Shown here: one piece after another, positions 18,130 to 27,466 of the stretch
Numbering within the stretch: position 1 is the first letter of the stretch
Layout: the number at the start of each line of letters is the position of its first letter
From: Clostridiales bacterium
Lineage (GTDB): Bacteria > Bacillota > Clostridia > Oscillospirales > CAG-382
Direction of reading: 5' to 3'
Length of the DNA stretch: 64,000 nt
Assembly: GCA_003343885.1 (NCBI GenBank)
Contig: QAKH01000036.1
Coordinates: forward strand, 2,167-66,166
Translations under genes and position numbers: made by a program
The notes under the pieces: generated by a model
What the model saw: only the letters and a program-made list of their open reading frames with translations
Told to the model about the DNA's origin: nothing
Databases searched by the model: none

Positions 18130-19314
18130 TTATTTCTGTCCGTATGTACCTTCAAGGTTGGAAACTGTTTCTTTGACTTCCTTCTTGTAGGTAGAATTTG
18201 CTATTTTATCCTGGAGCATCTTGTAGAACAGATCTCCGTCTACCGGCAGATCAACCGGTTTTCCAAGCCAGCTTGAAAGGAATATAGCGTTTGAAATGCG
18301 AAGTCCGTTTATACCTTCTTCGCCCGGCGCCATAAGCTTTTCGCCCTTGAGGATTGCATTTGTCACGTTCTGAGTGATTCCTCTGTGCTGCTCTTTGTCC
18401 ATCTTGTACTCAGAGTAATCAACGTCTATAACCTCGCAGCCGGGACCTTTGAAACCTTCTGTGGTAGTAAAGGTCCATTCACGCTCAGGGGTATTATTCT
18501 TCCAGAACTTCATGCTTGAGCCTTCGATTACAAGCTTTCCTTTATCTCCGGAAATCTCAAGCCTGTTTGTTCCGGGATATTCACCGGTTGTTGTAATAAA
18601 CACACCTGTAGCACCGTTTTCATATTCAGCGTACGCAGTAACGTCATCCTCAACCTCAATGTTATGATACTTTCCTTCAGCACAGAAAGCACGTATTGTT
18701 TTCGGCATTCCGAAAATCCACTGCCAAAGGTCAAGCTGGTGCGGACACTGATTGAGTATTACGCCTCCGCCTTCGCCCTTCCAGGTTGCTCTCCATCCGC
18801 CGGAATTATAGTATGCCTGCGTTCTGTACCAGTCGGTGATAATCCATACGCATCTCTTAAGTTCTCCCAGCTCTCCTCCCTGTACCATAGCACGTGCCTT
18901 TCTGTACATAGGATTGGTTCTCTGATTGAACATAAGTCCGAATATCTTATCAGACTTTGACGCAACCTCGATAAGCTCCTCTGCCTGCTTTGTGTAAACG
19001 CCGATAGGCTTCTCACAAATTACATTGATTCCTGCGTTGAGCACGTCAATACAGATTCCCGGGTGGTCATAGTGCGGAACAGCGACTATCACGCAGTCCA
19101 CAAGACCGCTTGCAAGCATGTCTTTGTAGTTTTCAAACAGCGCAACCTTTTCGCCGAACTTTTCCTTTGCCCAGTCAAGTCTTGACTGCTTGATATCGCA
19201 TACGGCTGTAAGGCATGCTCCGTCAATTTCTCCGGCGTCAAGATATGTCGCATGTGAAGAACCCATGTTACCGATACCTATAATACCGAAACGTACCTTA
19301 TCCACTTGTATCAT
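18130..19314 (-). CDS. Gfo/Idh/MocA family oxidoreductase
   Basis: N-terminal Rossmann fold VRFGIIGIGNMGSSHA and an EKP motif (VICEKPI). 394 aa. Confidence 0.8.
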   Translation of the reverse strand: MIQVDKVRFGIIGIGNMGSSHATYLDAGEIDGACLTAVCDIKQSRLDWAKEKFGEKVALFENYKDMLASGLVDCVIVAVPHYDHPGICIDVLNAGINVICEKPIGVYTKQAEELIEVASKSDKIFGLMFNQRTNPMYRKARAMVQGGELGELKRCVWIITDWYRTQAYYNSGGWRATWKGEGGGVILNQCPHQLDLWQWIFGMPKTIRAFCAEGKYHNIEVEDDVTAYAEYENGATGVFITTTGEYPGTNRLEISGDKGKLVIEGSSMKFWKNNTPEREWTFTTTEGFKGPGCEVIDVDYSEYKMDKEQHRGITQNVTNAILKGEKLMAPGEEGINGLRISNAIFLSSWLGKPVDLPVDGDLFYKMLQDKIANSTYKKEVKETVSNLEGTYGQK

Positions 19315-19439
19315 CCTTTCTTTATACGATATGTATTCGAATATACTACATCCGAATATATTATATTAGCAACGCCCATAAAATTTCAATGCACTATCAT
19401 ATCAATTTTTATCGTTAATTTGTGTAATATAACTTTTTA

Positions 19440-21422
19440 TCAATCAAGAAATATAGCAGGAGCCGTTGCCCAAGGGTGGAACAGGCTTGTATTCCATTTC
19501 TGATCTTTTCCCCACGCCTCAAAGCAAGTTGTCGCTCCTTCGGAAAGCATATTCGCCCACGCCCCGTCGTCGGCTATCAGGTCTTCCATGAGCTTTTGTT
19601 CTCCTATTTTCTTTAGTACGTGACAGGTAAAGAACGCCATATACACGCCGGCACAGGTCAGCCTTTTCTCTGAGATGAGCTTAAGCATATTCTGTTTATT
19701 TTCTTCATCAACTATTATACCGGCATAAAGCGCCATGACATTTGAGTGATAGCTTGCGTGCTGCGAGCCGATACTGTCAACAAAAAGCTTTTGCTTTTCG
19801 TCATAAAATGCTTCTACATACGAGCGCACCGTGCAGTCTGTAATTCCGAGCGGCTCAATCGAAAGGGCTTTTCTTATCTCGTCTATATCCTTAAGCATTG
19901 CGCAGTAAAACGCATTTACTACATTATGGCATCCGTCGGAAACCGGACGGGACAGGTCAAAGTCATAATTGTCCCTTAAGTTTGCCGGCCAGTCTACAAG
20001 ATTCCACTTTTCCTTGACACTTTCGAGCAAACCTCTGTCATTACGGTACTTGTTAAAATACTCATACACGCCCAAAACGAACGGGTACATTTGCTTAAGA
20101 AACTCGATATCGCCTGTTTTTTTGTACAGCCACAGCACCTGGAACGGGAACTGCATTGAGTAGTCTGCAATCTCCTGCATAAGAGAAGCAGGCGCGACCG
20201 TCATGATTCCCTTGCATATAAATGAGGACTGAGCATAGTTTTCAAGCGCTTTTTTCATCATGGAAACGTCGTCGGTAAGCACTGCGCTTGCAATTCCTGC
20301 GATAGTGACATCGCCGAGATACTGTCCTTTTTCTCTGGTCGGGCAATCGACGAAACATTCCTGGACACCGTATTTTATGGTATCGGCACAGAGGTTAAAT
20401 ATATCATTCAGGCGTTTATTGTTTCCTGTATACTTTTTTGCGAGCTTAAACGGATAGTGGCGCACAGTAAATGCAATAGAAATTTCGTCAACGCTCACCC
20501 CATCCGGTACAATAAGTTCGACATACCGGAAAGCTTTATAGTCATACTGATTTAACGTATCATTTTCTCTGCCTGAAAGAACAAACTCTTCCTCATACTT
20601 GCAGTTGCAGCGCATGTCGTATCTTACGCTGCCGTCCGCGTCAAGCTCTTCGGAAAAGTGCATAACTATTTTGTCGCCTTTTTTGCCTGCCGCTGAGAAT
20701 TTAAAGTATCCGACTGCCTCAAATCCGAAGTCTATAAAATATCCTTGCGGCGTTTTTCTGACAATCTCAGGCTTTACGTCATAGCAGTCAAGAAGCTTTG
20801 TAGGCTGCGGGTATAGTGTTACGTCATTAACCTTACGTATTTTTGCGTTTTCCCAGTTTGAGTCGTCAAATTCGGGAAGCTCAAATCCATACTCCGGACT
20901 TCCTGCGTCAAAGCGTTCGGCAAACGCTGTATCATACCCGATTATTCCGCAGGCGGTAAATCCTGTATGTACTGCACACTTCCAGCTCTCATCTGAAACG
21001 CATATATTTTTTCCGTCAGCTTCAAAATCAAACACAAGTCCGTGTCTGTAATCGCCGCTCACCCAGACTCTGTTTATAAGCCCTTGGTAGTATGTATGCA
21101 CGGCAATGGTGTTTTCACCTTTTACGAGATATTTTGAAACATCTATTTCGTTATAATAGTAGTGAAACGGATACCCGGGCGCCGGTCCCTGGGCGACATA
21201 AACGCCGTTTATATACAGTTTATAATAGTCGTCTGCCGAAATTCTGACGACGGCGTTTGCAAACTCAGGTAAAGCTACTTTTTTTCTGAAAAGAATATGC
21301 CTGTTTTTCGGCGCCTTATCATGGCTCAGCTTGATGTCATCAAGTTCCTTGTGAAAAACATTCTGCGGCTCAAGCAAGCAAAATTCTCCGTTGGTAATCC
21401 ATTTTGCGTTTTTGTTAAACAT
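19440..21422 (-). CDS. Glycoside hydrolase, alpha-L-rhamnosidase-like (GH78-like)
   Basis: N-terminal domain signature ISADDYYKLYINGVYVAQGP. (alpha/alpha)6 catalytic region. C-terminus LSEGATTCFEAWGKDQKWNTSLFHPWATAP. The ATG at 21422 follows GGAGG; the track's GTG at 21443 is less likely. Confidence 0.65.
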   Translation of the reverse strand: MFNKNAKWITNGEFCLLEPQNVFHKELDDIKLSHDKAPKNRHILFRKKVALPEFANAVVRISADDYYKLYINGVYVAQGPAPGYPFHYYYNEIDVSKYLVKGENTIAVHTYYQGLINRVWVSGDYRHGLVFDFEADGKNICVSDESWKCAVHTGFTACGIIGYDTAFAERFDAGSPEYGFELPEFDDSNWENAKIRKVNDVTLYPQPTKLLDCYDVKPEIVRKTPQGYFIDFGFEAVGYFKFSAAGKKGDKIVMHFSEELDADGSVRYDMRCNCKYEEEFVLSGRENDTLNQYDYKAFRYVELIVPDGVSVDEISIAFTVRHYPFKLAKKYTGNNKRLNDIFNLCADTIKYGVQECFVDCPTREKGQYLGDVTIAGIASAVLTDDVSMMKKALENYAQSSFICKGIMTVAPASLMQEIADYSMQFPFQVLWLYKKTGDIEFLKQMYPFVLGVYEYFNKYRNDRGLLESVKEKWNLVDWPANLRDNYDFDLSRPVSDGCHNVVNAFYCAMLKDIDEIRKALSIEPLGITDCTVRSYVEAFYDEKQKLFVDSIGSQHASYHSNVMALYAGIIVDEENKQNMLKLISEKRLTCAGVYMAFFTCHVLKKIGEQKLMEDLIADDGAWANMLSEGATTCFEAWGKDQKWNTSLFHPWATAPAIFLD

Positions 21423-21439
21423 ACCAAATACCTCCGCTA

Positions 21440-22288
21440 TCACTTAAAATCGGCGAGCGCTGCTCCGATAACGGTGGCAAACTCCGAGTATTCGGGGATA
21501 ACAAAATTCATATCAAACATATTTGACAGAATATCAAAAATCGGCTTTGCCTGCGGCATTTTTGAGAGATTACCCGTAAGAACTATATCCCTTGTATTTT
21601 TGCTTCGCGCCGCAAATACGGCAAGCATTCCTATCGACTCGAAAACCATGTTGATAATACCCAAGGCGAGGTCGTCTTTTGTTGCTATATCGCTCAGTTT
21701 TCCGAAGTTTGAAGCTGTCATATAGGACGGCAGTCCGCCCAGGTCCTTCTTTGTAATATCGCTTATGCGAAGGTCAACCTTTTCAAGGTCTCCTCCGTCG
21801 GCAAGGGCAATGAGATGATCGATATCCGATATTCCAAGCATCTGTTTTGAAAGTCCGACTATCGTACCGCCGCCGACGCCGGTTCCGCCCATATACTCAA
21901 ATCCCGAGCCGCTCCCGACGGTGCCTTTTTCCGCCGCAACTACTGCCGTACCTGTTCCCATGCTGACGATTATTGCCTTTGAATACCCTGAAACGTATAA
22001 TCCCCCTCTGCCGACACATTCAAACTCTGAAAGGTGGCAGGTATCTATACCGTACAGCGTATTGTCAACAAAAGCCGAACCGACGCCGGTTATCATTACC
22101 TTATTTACGTCGGAAAGGTCTATGCCGTTAAGAGCGGTAAATTTTCCGAACGCTCCGTAAACTGAAGCAAGCGGATCGCTCGCCTTTACGTATATGGGAG
22201 AAAATATCTTTTTATCTTCGCCGAGTGATTCGAAGCCAACTATTTTTGTCGTACTTCCGCCGACGTCTATACCTATAATCTTGCCCAT
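21440..22288 (-). CDS. coaW: Type II pantothenate kinase
   Basis: This aligns by eye along its full length to staphylococcal CoaW as I recall it: GIDVGGSTTKIV, SMGTGTAVV, GGTGVGGGTIVGLSKQML, DLRISDI, TASNFGKL, IVLTGN, FATVIGAAL. The ATG at 22288 follows AAAGGGGA. Confidence 0.75.
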   Translation of the reverse strand: MGKIIGIDVGGSTTKIVGFESLGEDKKIFSPIYVKASDPLASVYGAFGKFTALNGIDLSDVNKVMITGVGSAFVDNTLYGIDTCHLSEFECVGRGGLYVSGYSKAIIVSMGTGTAVVAAEKGTVGSGSGFEYMGGTGVGGGTIVGLSKQMLGISDIDHLIALADGGDLEKVDLRISDITKKDLGGLPSYMTASNFGKLSDIATKDDLALGIINMVFESIGMLAVFAARSKNTRDIVLTGNLSKMPQAKPIFDILSNMFDMNFVIPEYSEFATVIGAALADFK

Positions 22289-22353
22289 GTTTTCCCCTTT
22301 CCGCTCTGCCTGCTCCAAAAAAGTATGCAGCCGGAGTTTATTGCCGATTACGC

Positions 22354-22953
22354 TTACTTCTTTATTCTTGATGAAACTGCCTTTACTATCGTATTTATGG
22401 CTGGTGAAACTACTATATTCACAATAAATTCAGCGACAAAGTTTAATCCTGCGCATCCAATCACGAGGAAATATACAAGCGTTGTTCCGTCTCCGACAAA
22501 GTTTGTCTGAAGCGTTCCGCTAACAAGTAACAACCCGCCGAGTATAAACAAACCGGTATTAAGTATAGGTGCAGCCGCTGCAGCTGCAACAGACGCGGCA
22601 AGAGTATTCTTATTTTTAATTGCCTTATACACAAGACCTGCTCCGGCTCCTGCCGCTGTCATTTTGCCAAGGCAGATAATTGAAGTAGCGATAGGCTGAG
22701 CGCCGAAGAGTACGCTTGTAAAGTAATCAGTTCCCGAGATACCTGCCCAAAGAGTGATAAAACCGCCTATAAGACCGAGCAGCGCACCTCCGCCGGCTCC
22801 AAGGACTATCGAACCTATTACAACAGGTATAAGCACAAGATTTATGCTTGTCGGACCTATTTTGATAAAGCTGCCGAGAAGCTGAAAAATAATTACGATT
22901 GCTGCAAGAAGAGCGAATTCCGCCATCTTTAAAATCTTTTCTCTGTTTTTCAT
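22354..22953 (-). CDS. ECF transporter S component (substrate-capture subunit; pantothenate-specific PanT is inferred from context only)
   Basis: About 199 aa with 5-6 TM helices and G/A-rich helices (VVIGSIVLGAGGGALLGLIGGFITLW). It lies 35 nt upstream of coaW. The ATG at 22953 follows GGAAAAGGAGA. Confidence 0.6.
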   Translation of the reverse strand: MKNREKILKMAEFALLAAIVIIFQLLGSFIKIGPTSINLVLIPVVIGSIVLGAGGGALLGLIGGFITLWAGISGTDYFTSVLFGAQPIATSIICLGKMTAAGAGAGLVYKAIKNKNTLAASVAAAAAAPILNTGLFILGGLLLVSGTLQTNFVGDGTTLVYFLVIGCAGLNFVAEFIVNIVVSPAINTIVKAVSSRIKK

Positions 22954-23104
22954 CTTTAATTTCTCCTTTTCCATGTAAATATTTGGAAAAATTTTATCAC
23001 AAATCAACGAATAAATCAACAGTCATATTACATAAATATGCTGTCAGTCTGGCGATTATTTTTTACTTTGCCATAAAGCCTCCTCGTTTTTCAACGACGA
23101 TTTT

Positions 23105-24865
23105 TTACTTATACACGTTTTCTATCATACGTATAAGCGCGTCAGGCTCGGTATTTCCCGAAACCGTAAAGCGGCACAGCGCGCGCAGGCTTTGTCCGAG
23201 TCCTTTAACTAAAATGTTTTTCCCCGTATAAACCGTTGACATGGTCATTTTTATACCGCTGTCAGCCACAATTTTTTCCGTAAGGGGTGTGAATTTTCCG
23301 TGCGGATATGAGAGGCACCTGACCTCTTGTCCAAAGTTATTTGTAAAATTCTCAGCAAAAGTATTTAAGTCGTTTTTCAGCGCCTGTGTATATTCGGAAA
23401 CACTTTCGTTTTCCATGGGAAGCAGTCCGACACGCACATTGTTTCCTTCTTCAAGGAATTCATTTGAGTGCATATCATAGGTATGCGATTGGATTTCCAC
23501 AAGTCCGGAGCTTACCATCTCCAAAGCCTCATCGTAATCAAAATGCGAATACATCGGCTTTCCTGTATCTTTATAGGTATCTTTCCCTACAGCCCAGCCT
23601 ATGACGAACACGGCGGCTTTCATATCATATTTCTCTAAAAGAGGGAATGCGTACTCGTAGTTGCTGTAATAACCGTCATCGAATGTTATGCATATGGGAT
23701 TGTCAGGGAGTTCGGCGCCCTTATATACATAGTCCTCAAGCTGTTTAAGTGAAACAGTCTGATATCCGGCTTCTTTCAGTACGGCAAGGTGCTTTTCAAA
23801 CAGTCCGGCAGATATGATGCTGTCGCTGTATTCTGCATTGTCGCCTTCAACGATATGGTGATACAAAAGTATAGGCACTTCAACGCAGTATGAAGACAGG
23901 CTGATATTTTGATTTTTATAAGATTTTGGCTCTTGCTCTTGTTTTTGGGAATTTTCCGAAAGCTCCGCAAATCTCCCAAAATCCTCCGGAACATACACAC
24001 TTTTATCGGAAAATATTTTTGCCAGCACCATATTTCCAAGCGCTGTCCTGAACTCGTATCTGTTATAGAAAAAACGAGAGTCGGAATTTATTTTTCCGTA
24101 AGAGAAGTCCCAAAAACTACAAACTTCCTCAATCGAGGATTTAAGGGCGTCAAGCTTTTCAGTGTTTATCGCCGTATCCTTATCAACATAGCACGGAGAA
24201 AGAACTATAAAAAGCTCTATTTCTTTTTCTTCGCAGGTTTTCTGAATGCGTTCAACGGTGTTTACGAGCTTTTCTATATCAGTTTCGTCGTTTTTTACCG
24301 TTTCTTTAAAGGCATAAGAGTGAAGCGTTTTATATTCGGTTTCACCGCTTATGCGGTTTGTGTCGTCATAACCTCTGTATACGCTTCCGGTGGTATAATT
24401 CGGCACTGTATACGCACTTTCGAGCATATCAGTACACATATCATACGGACTTATCGCCAAAAACAGCTTTTTTACGCCTGTTTGGTCGGCAAGGTACTCA
24501 AAAGTATTCAATATTTCGTCCGGATCATTGCTGTCGGTACACATATTATACCATTGTCCGCCAAGGTACTCCGACAGGAGAAGCGTATCATAGGCGCTTG
24601 CCGAAAACGAGCCGATAATATAGCTGTCAAAGCTCTTTTGAGAAGTCCTTGCATAGTCAGCCTTTTTCGCAGTGTATTCTGAAAGCGTCACGGCTGCTGT
24701 GAGGGCGTTTTTGTCAGTGTTATCAGTATTGTTATTGCTATTAGCAGGGTAAAATGCCGATACGGCGCTGATGTAAATCAGTGAAATGAGCATTGCTGCC
24801 ACAAACGCCGCAGCGGCGGTCACAATTGAAGCATTGCGACTGCGTAAGAATTTTATAAATTTCAT
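23105..24865 (-). CDS. Membrane-anchored polysaccharide deacetylase (CE4 NodB domain) with a large N-terminal accessory domain
   Basis: N-terminal TM (IVTAAAAFVAAMLISLIYI). NodB motifs CITFDDGYYSNY and VEIQSHTYDMH in the C-terminal half. Confidence 0.75.
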   Translation of the reverse strand: MKFIKFLRSRNASIVTAAAAFVAAMLISLIYISAVSAFYPANSNNNTDNTDKNALTAAVTLSEYTAKKADYARTSQKSFDSYIIGSFSASAYDTLLLSEYLGGQWYNMCTDSNDPDEILNTFEYLADQTGVKKLFLAISPYDMCTDMLESAYTVPNYTTGSVYRGYDDTNRISGETEYKTLHSYAFKETVKNDETDIEKLVNTVERIQKTCEEKEIELFIVLSPCYVDKDTAINTEKLDALKSSIEEVCSFWDFSYGKINSDSRFFYNRYEFRTALGNMVLAKIFSDKSVYVPEDFGRFAELSENSQKQEQEPKSYKNQNISLSSYCVEVPILLYHHIVEGDNAEYSDSIISAGLFEKHLAVLKEAGYQTVSLKQLEDYVYKGAELPDNPICITFDDGYYSNYEYAFPLLEKYDMKAAVFVIGWAVGKDTYKDTGKPMYSHFDYDEALEMVSSGLVEIQSHTYDMHSNEFLEEGNNVRVGLLPMENESVSEYTQALKNDLNTFAENFTNNFGQEVRCLSYPHGKFTPLTEKIVADSGIKMTMSTVYTGKNILVKGLGQSLRALCRFTVSGNTEPDALIRMIENVYK

Positions 24866-24895
24866 GTTTCTCCGAATTTCAGTGTATTTCTGTTA

Positions 24896-25936
24896 TTATT
24901 CGCCAAGGTGCAGTTTGAAAAATTTCATAAATTCGAGCCAGTCACGGCGTGCAAGAAAATGGTCTCCGTCCTTAATATGATAACCGATGTGTCCGTCATG
25001 GAACGACTCGGGAATATTCGGGAGGCGGTCGGGGTGTACAAAGCCTTTTACGCCTGCATTTTCAAAATAATCGGAAACGGCGGCGCATGTTATGTACTGT
25101 GACCGGGGATCTGCCCAAAGATCCAAGCTGCTGCTTGCGACATACACAAATCTCGGACATATCGAAGCAAGGAGAAAATGTTGGTCAAACGGCGCGTTTT
25201 CCTGATTACCTACATATTTTTTTAAGTTTTCACAGAACCAGTACGGAAAATTCCTTGTGATATCTGCGAAAGTTTCTCCCTTTTTTCCTCTTATTACAGC
25301 GTCCCCACAGCAGCCTGCGTTATTGGAAAACACATATTTAAATCTTGTATCAAACATAGCTGTTACAAGCGCTGTCTTTCCGAGTCTTGAGTGTCCGACA
25401 ATTCCGGCGTTATTTAAGTCCATCTGAGGCAGTGTGCAGGCGTAGTCCATAACCCGCATGGCGGCCCACGCCCAGAGTATTATTTTTCCGCACTGCGAAG
25501 CTTCACGGTGCTTATCGCCTACAAACAGATCTGCAAGACCGTTTGTAAAATCGTTATCATCTGAGGTTACGTCCTTATAACAAAAAGAAATAAGATTGAA
25601 GCCGTTATCGAGTATTTCCTCGGCAGGAAGATACATATCGGGAAAATCCGGTCGGAAATTATTTAAAACAAAAAACGGGTGTGGGGCCATGTCACGGTGA
25701 ATGGCAGTGATAATCGGAAATGTAAAGCTTTTTCCAGAAACACTTACGGTAATTTTTACTCTTTTTACATCGGCCTGCGGATATCTGTTTTCTACTGTTT
25801 CCGGTTCAGAGTACTCGACTTTATCCGGTGCCGACGGCATATATCCGTATATATGCTCTTGCAGAATTTGCTTGATTGCTTCTCTGTCTTTCGGAATATC
25901 CGGAAGATTGCGTTCTTTTATCAATTCCTTTATCAT
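24896..25936 (-). CDS. Alpha/beta-hydrolase, glucuronoyl-esterase-like (CE15-like)
   Basis: The nucleophile motif GHSRLGKTAL resembles the CE15 G-C-S-R-x-G-K motif. There is no signal peptide. 346 aa. Confidence 0.45.
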   Translation of the reverse strand: MIKELIKERNLPDIPKDREAIKQILQEHIYGYMPSAPDKVEYSEPETVENRYPQADVKRVKITVSVSGKSFTFPIITAIHRDMAPHPFFVLNNFRPDFPDMYLPAEEILDNGFNLISFCYKDVTSDDNDFTNGLADLFVGDKHREASQCGKIILWAWAAMRVMDYACTLPQMDLNNAGIVGHSRLGKTALVTAMFDTRFKYVFSNNAGCCGDAVIRGKKGETFADITRNFPYWFCENLKKYVGNQENAPFDQHFLLASICPRFVYVASSSLDLWADPRSQYITCAAVSDYFENAGVKGFVHPDRLPNIPESFHDGHIGYHIKDGDHFLARRDWLEFMKFFKLHLGE

Positions 25937-26039
25937 TATAAGGACCTCCGTTAACGTTTTTCGGCAAACAAAACAAGGGTAAAATTCCTATTTAAAAATA
26001 TAATAAAAGTATTCAAGTTTAGTATTAGTTTAAGAGATT

Positions 26040-26474
26040 TTACTTTCCGTTTTTTTTAAAAACTATCAATTTGCTTGCGATATAGTTCAAAACTATGACA
26101 AGCACATTTACGGCAATCTTGCAGACAAGTTTGTTGAATTTCAGTACGTCAACGGTGAGTATCATAAGTCCGAGATCGGCAAAATACGTGAAAATCCTCA
26201 CTGAGAAAAATTTCCACATTTCTGAAAATATCTCCGCCGGCTTTGACGCCTTGCTCTCAAACACCCATTTTCTGTTTGTCACATAAGCAAAGATAACCGA
26301 AGCGATAAACGCTATTGTCGTACTTACTGCGGTTGAAAAGTTTATCAATGTGCATAAGTAAAACACCACAATATTTATAAGCGTTGTCAAACCTCCGAAA
26401 AGAAGGTACATAAACACTTCTCGTCCCAAAAGACGAATAAAAAACTCAAAAAAGCCTTTTATCGGATTTTTCAT
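26040..26474 (-). CDS. GtrA family membrane protein (polyprenyl-phosphate-sugar flippase-like)
   Basis: 144 aa with 4 TM helices. Typical motifs are FGGLTTLINIVVFYL and NRKWVF. Confidence 0.8.
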   Translation of the reverse strand: MKNPIKGFFEFFIRLLGREVFMYLLFGGLTTLINIVVFYLCTLINFSTAVSTTIAFIASVIFAYVTNRKWVFESKASKPAEIFSEMWKFFSVRIFTYFADLGLMILTVDVLKFNKLVCKIAVNVLVIVLNYIASKLIVFKKNGK

Positions 26475-26500
26475 TTTTCTTCACTCTTCTCCCGGGTATA

Positions 26501-27466
26501 TTAGTTTTCCTCACTGTCACCGCTGTCAGCGTCGTAAACATTGATTGTTTCCTTGATGATATACTGCGGACGTTTCTTGCTCTCATCATATATTCTCGCA
26601 ATATATTCCGACATTATCCAGATTGACAGCATAATGACACCGCTGAAAAAGGTCTGCGCCACCATAATCGACGTCCAGCCCGGCACAAGATTATTCAGAT
26701 TGAAGATATATGAAACAAGCGAATAAATAAGTATTACAACAGACAAAAATATGGATATCATTCCGAGTCCGCCGACAATTTTTAACGGCTTTGTCGAAAA
26801 ACTGATAATTCCGTCAGAGGCAAGCTTGAGCATTTTTTTGAGAGGGTATTTTGTCTTCCCTGCAAAACGCTCTTTTCTTTCGTATTCGTACGGTACCTGG
26901 TTATACCCTACCCAACTGAAAAGCCCTCGTAAGAACTTATTGTGCTCGGGCATGTTATTTACCGTTTCAACGACAGCTCTGTCAACAAGTCTGAAGTCCC
27001 CGGTATCTCTCGGAATATCGACATCCGAAAGAGCGTTGAGCGTTTTATAGAACGCCTTTGCCGTAAACAGCTTAAAGCCGGATTCTCCCTCTCTTGTCTT
27101 TCTTTTACCGTAAATGACCTCGCCGCCCTGTTCCCAAAGTTTTAGCATATCGGGAATGAGCTCGGGCGGATCCTGCAAATCGGCGTCGATTATCACGGCG
27201 GCGTCGCCCGTTACAAATTTTAGTCCTGCCGTTACTGCCGCCTGATGTCCGAAGTTTCTTGAAAACGTAATAACCTTGACTTTTTTGTCTTTCGCCGCAA
27301 TATCAGCCAAAATCTGTCCGGTTGCGTCACGGCTTCCGTCGTTCACAAAAATTATTTCATATGTATAACCGTCAAGTCCGTCAAGCACTTTTTTCACACG
27401 TGCGTAACACTCATTCGCTACTTCTTCCTCGAAGTACATCGGTATTACCAATGACACTCTGCGCAT
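26501..27466 (-). CDS. GT2 polyprenyl-phosphate glycosyltransferase (GtrB/CsbB-like)
   Basis: VSLVIPMYFEEE, VNDGSRD, a DADLQDPPE (DxD-type) motif, and two C-terminal TM helices. Confidence 0.85.
   Translation of the reverse strand: MRRVSLVIPMYFEEEVANECYARVKKVLDGLDGYTYEIIFVNDGSRDATGQILADIAAKDKKVKVITFSRNFGHQAAVTAGLKFVTGDAAVIIDADLQDPPELIPDMLKLWEQGGEVIYGKRKTREGESGFKLFTAKAFYKTLNALSDVDIPRDTGDFRLVDRAVVETVNNMPEHNKFLRGLFSWVGYNQVPYEYERKERFAGKTKYPLKKMLKLASDGIISFSTKPLKIVGGLGMISIFLSVVILIYSLVSYIFNLNNLVPGWTSIMVAQTFFSGVIMLSIWIMSEYIARIYDESKKRPQYIIKETINVYDADSGDSEEN

Noticed and set aside
27411-27466. The 56-nt overlap between the GT-C-like gene and the GT2 gene, considered as evidence of a frameshift or mis-assembly.
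   Set aside because: Both reading frames look intact up to their ends. The GT2 N-terminus is canonical only if the upstream ATG is used, and the tail of the upstream protein is a plausible Lys/Glu-rich cytoplasmic extension. I treated it as a genuine overlap and noted it under the Gtr finding.
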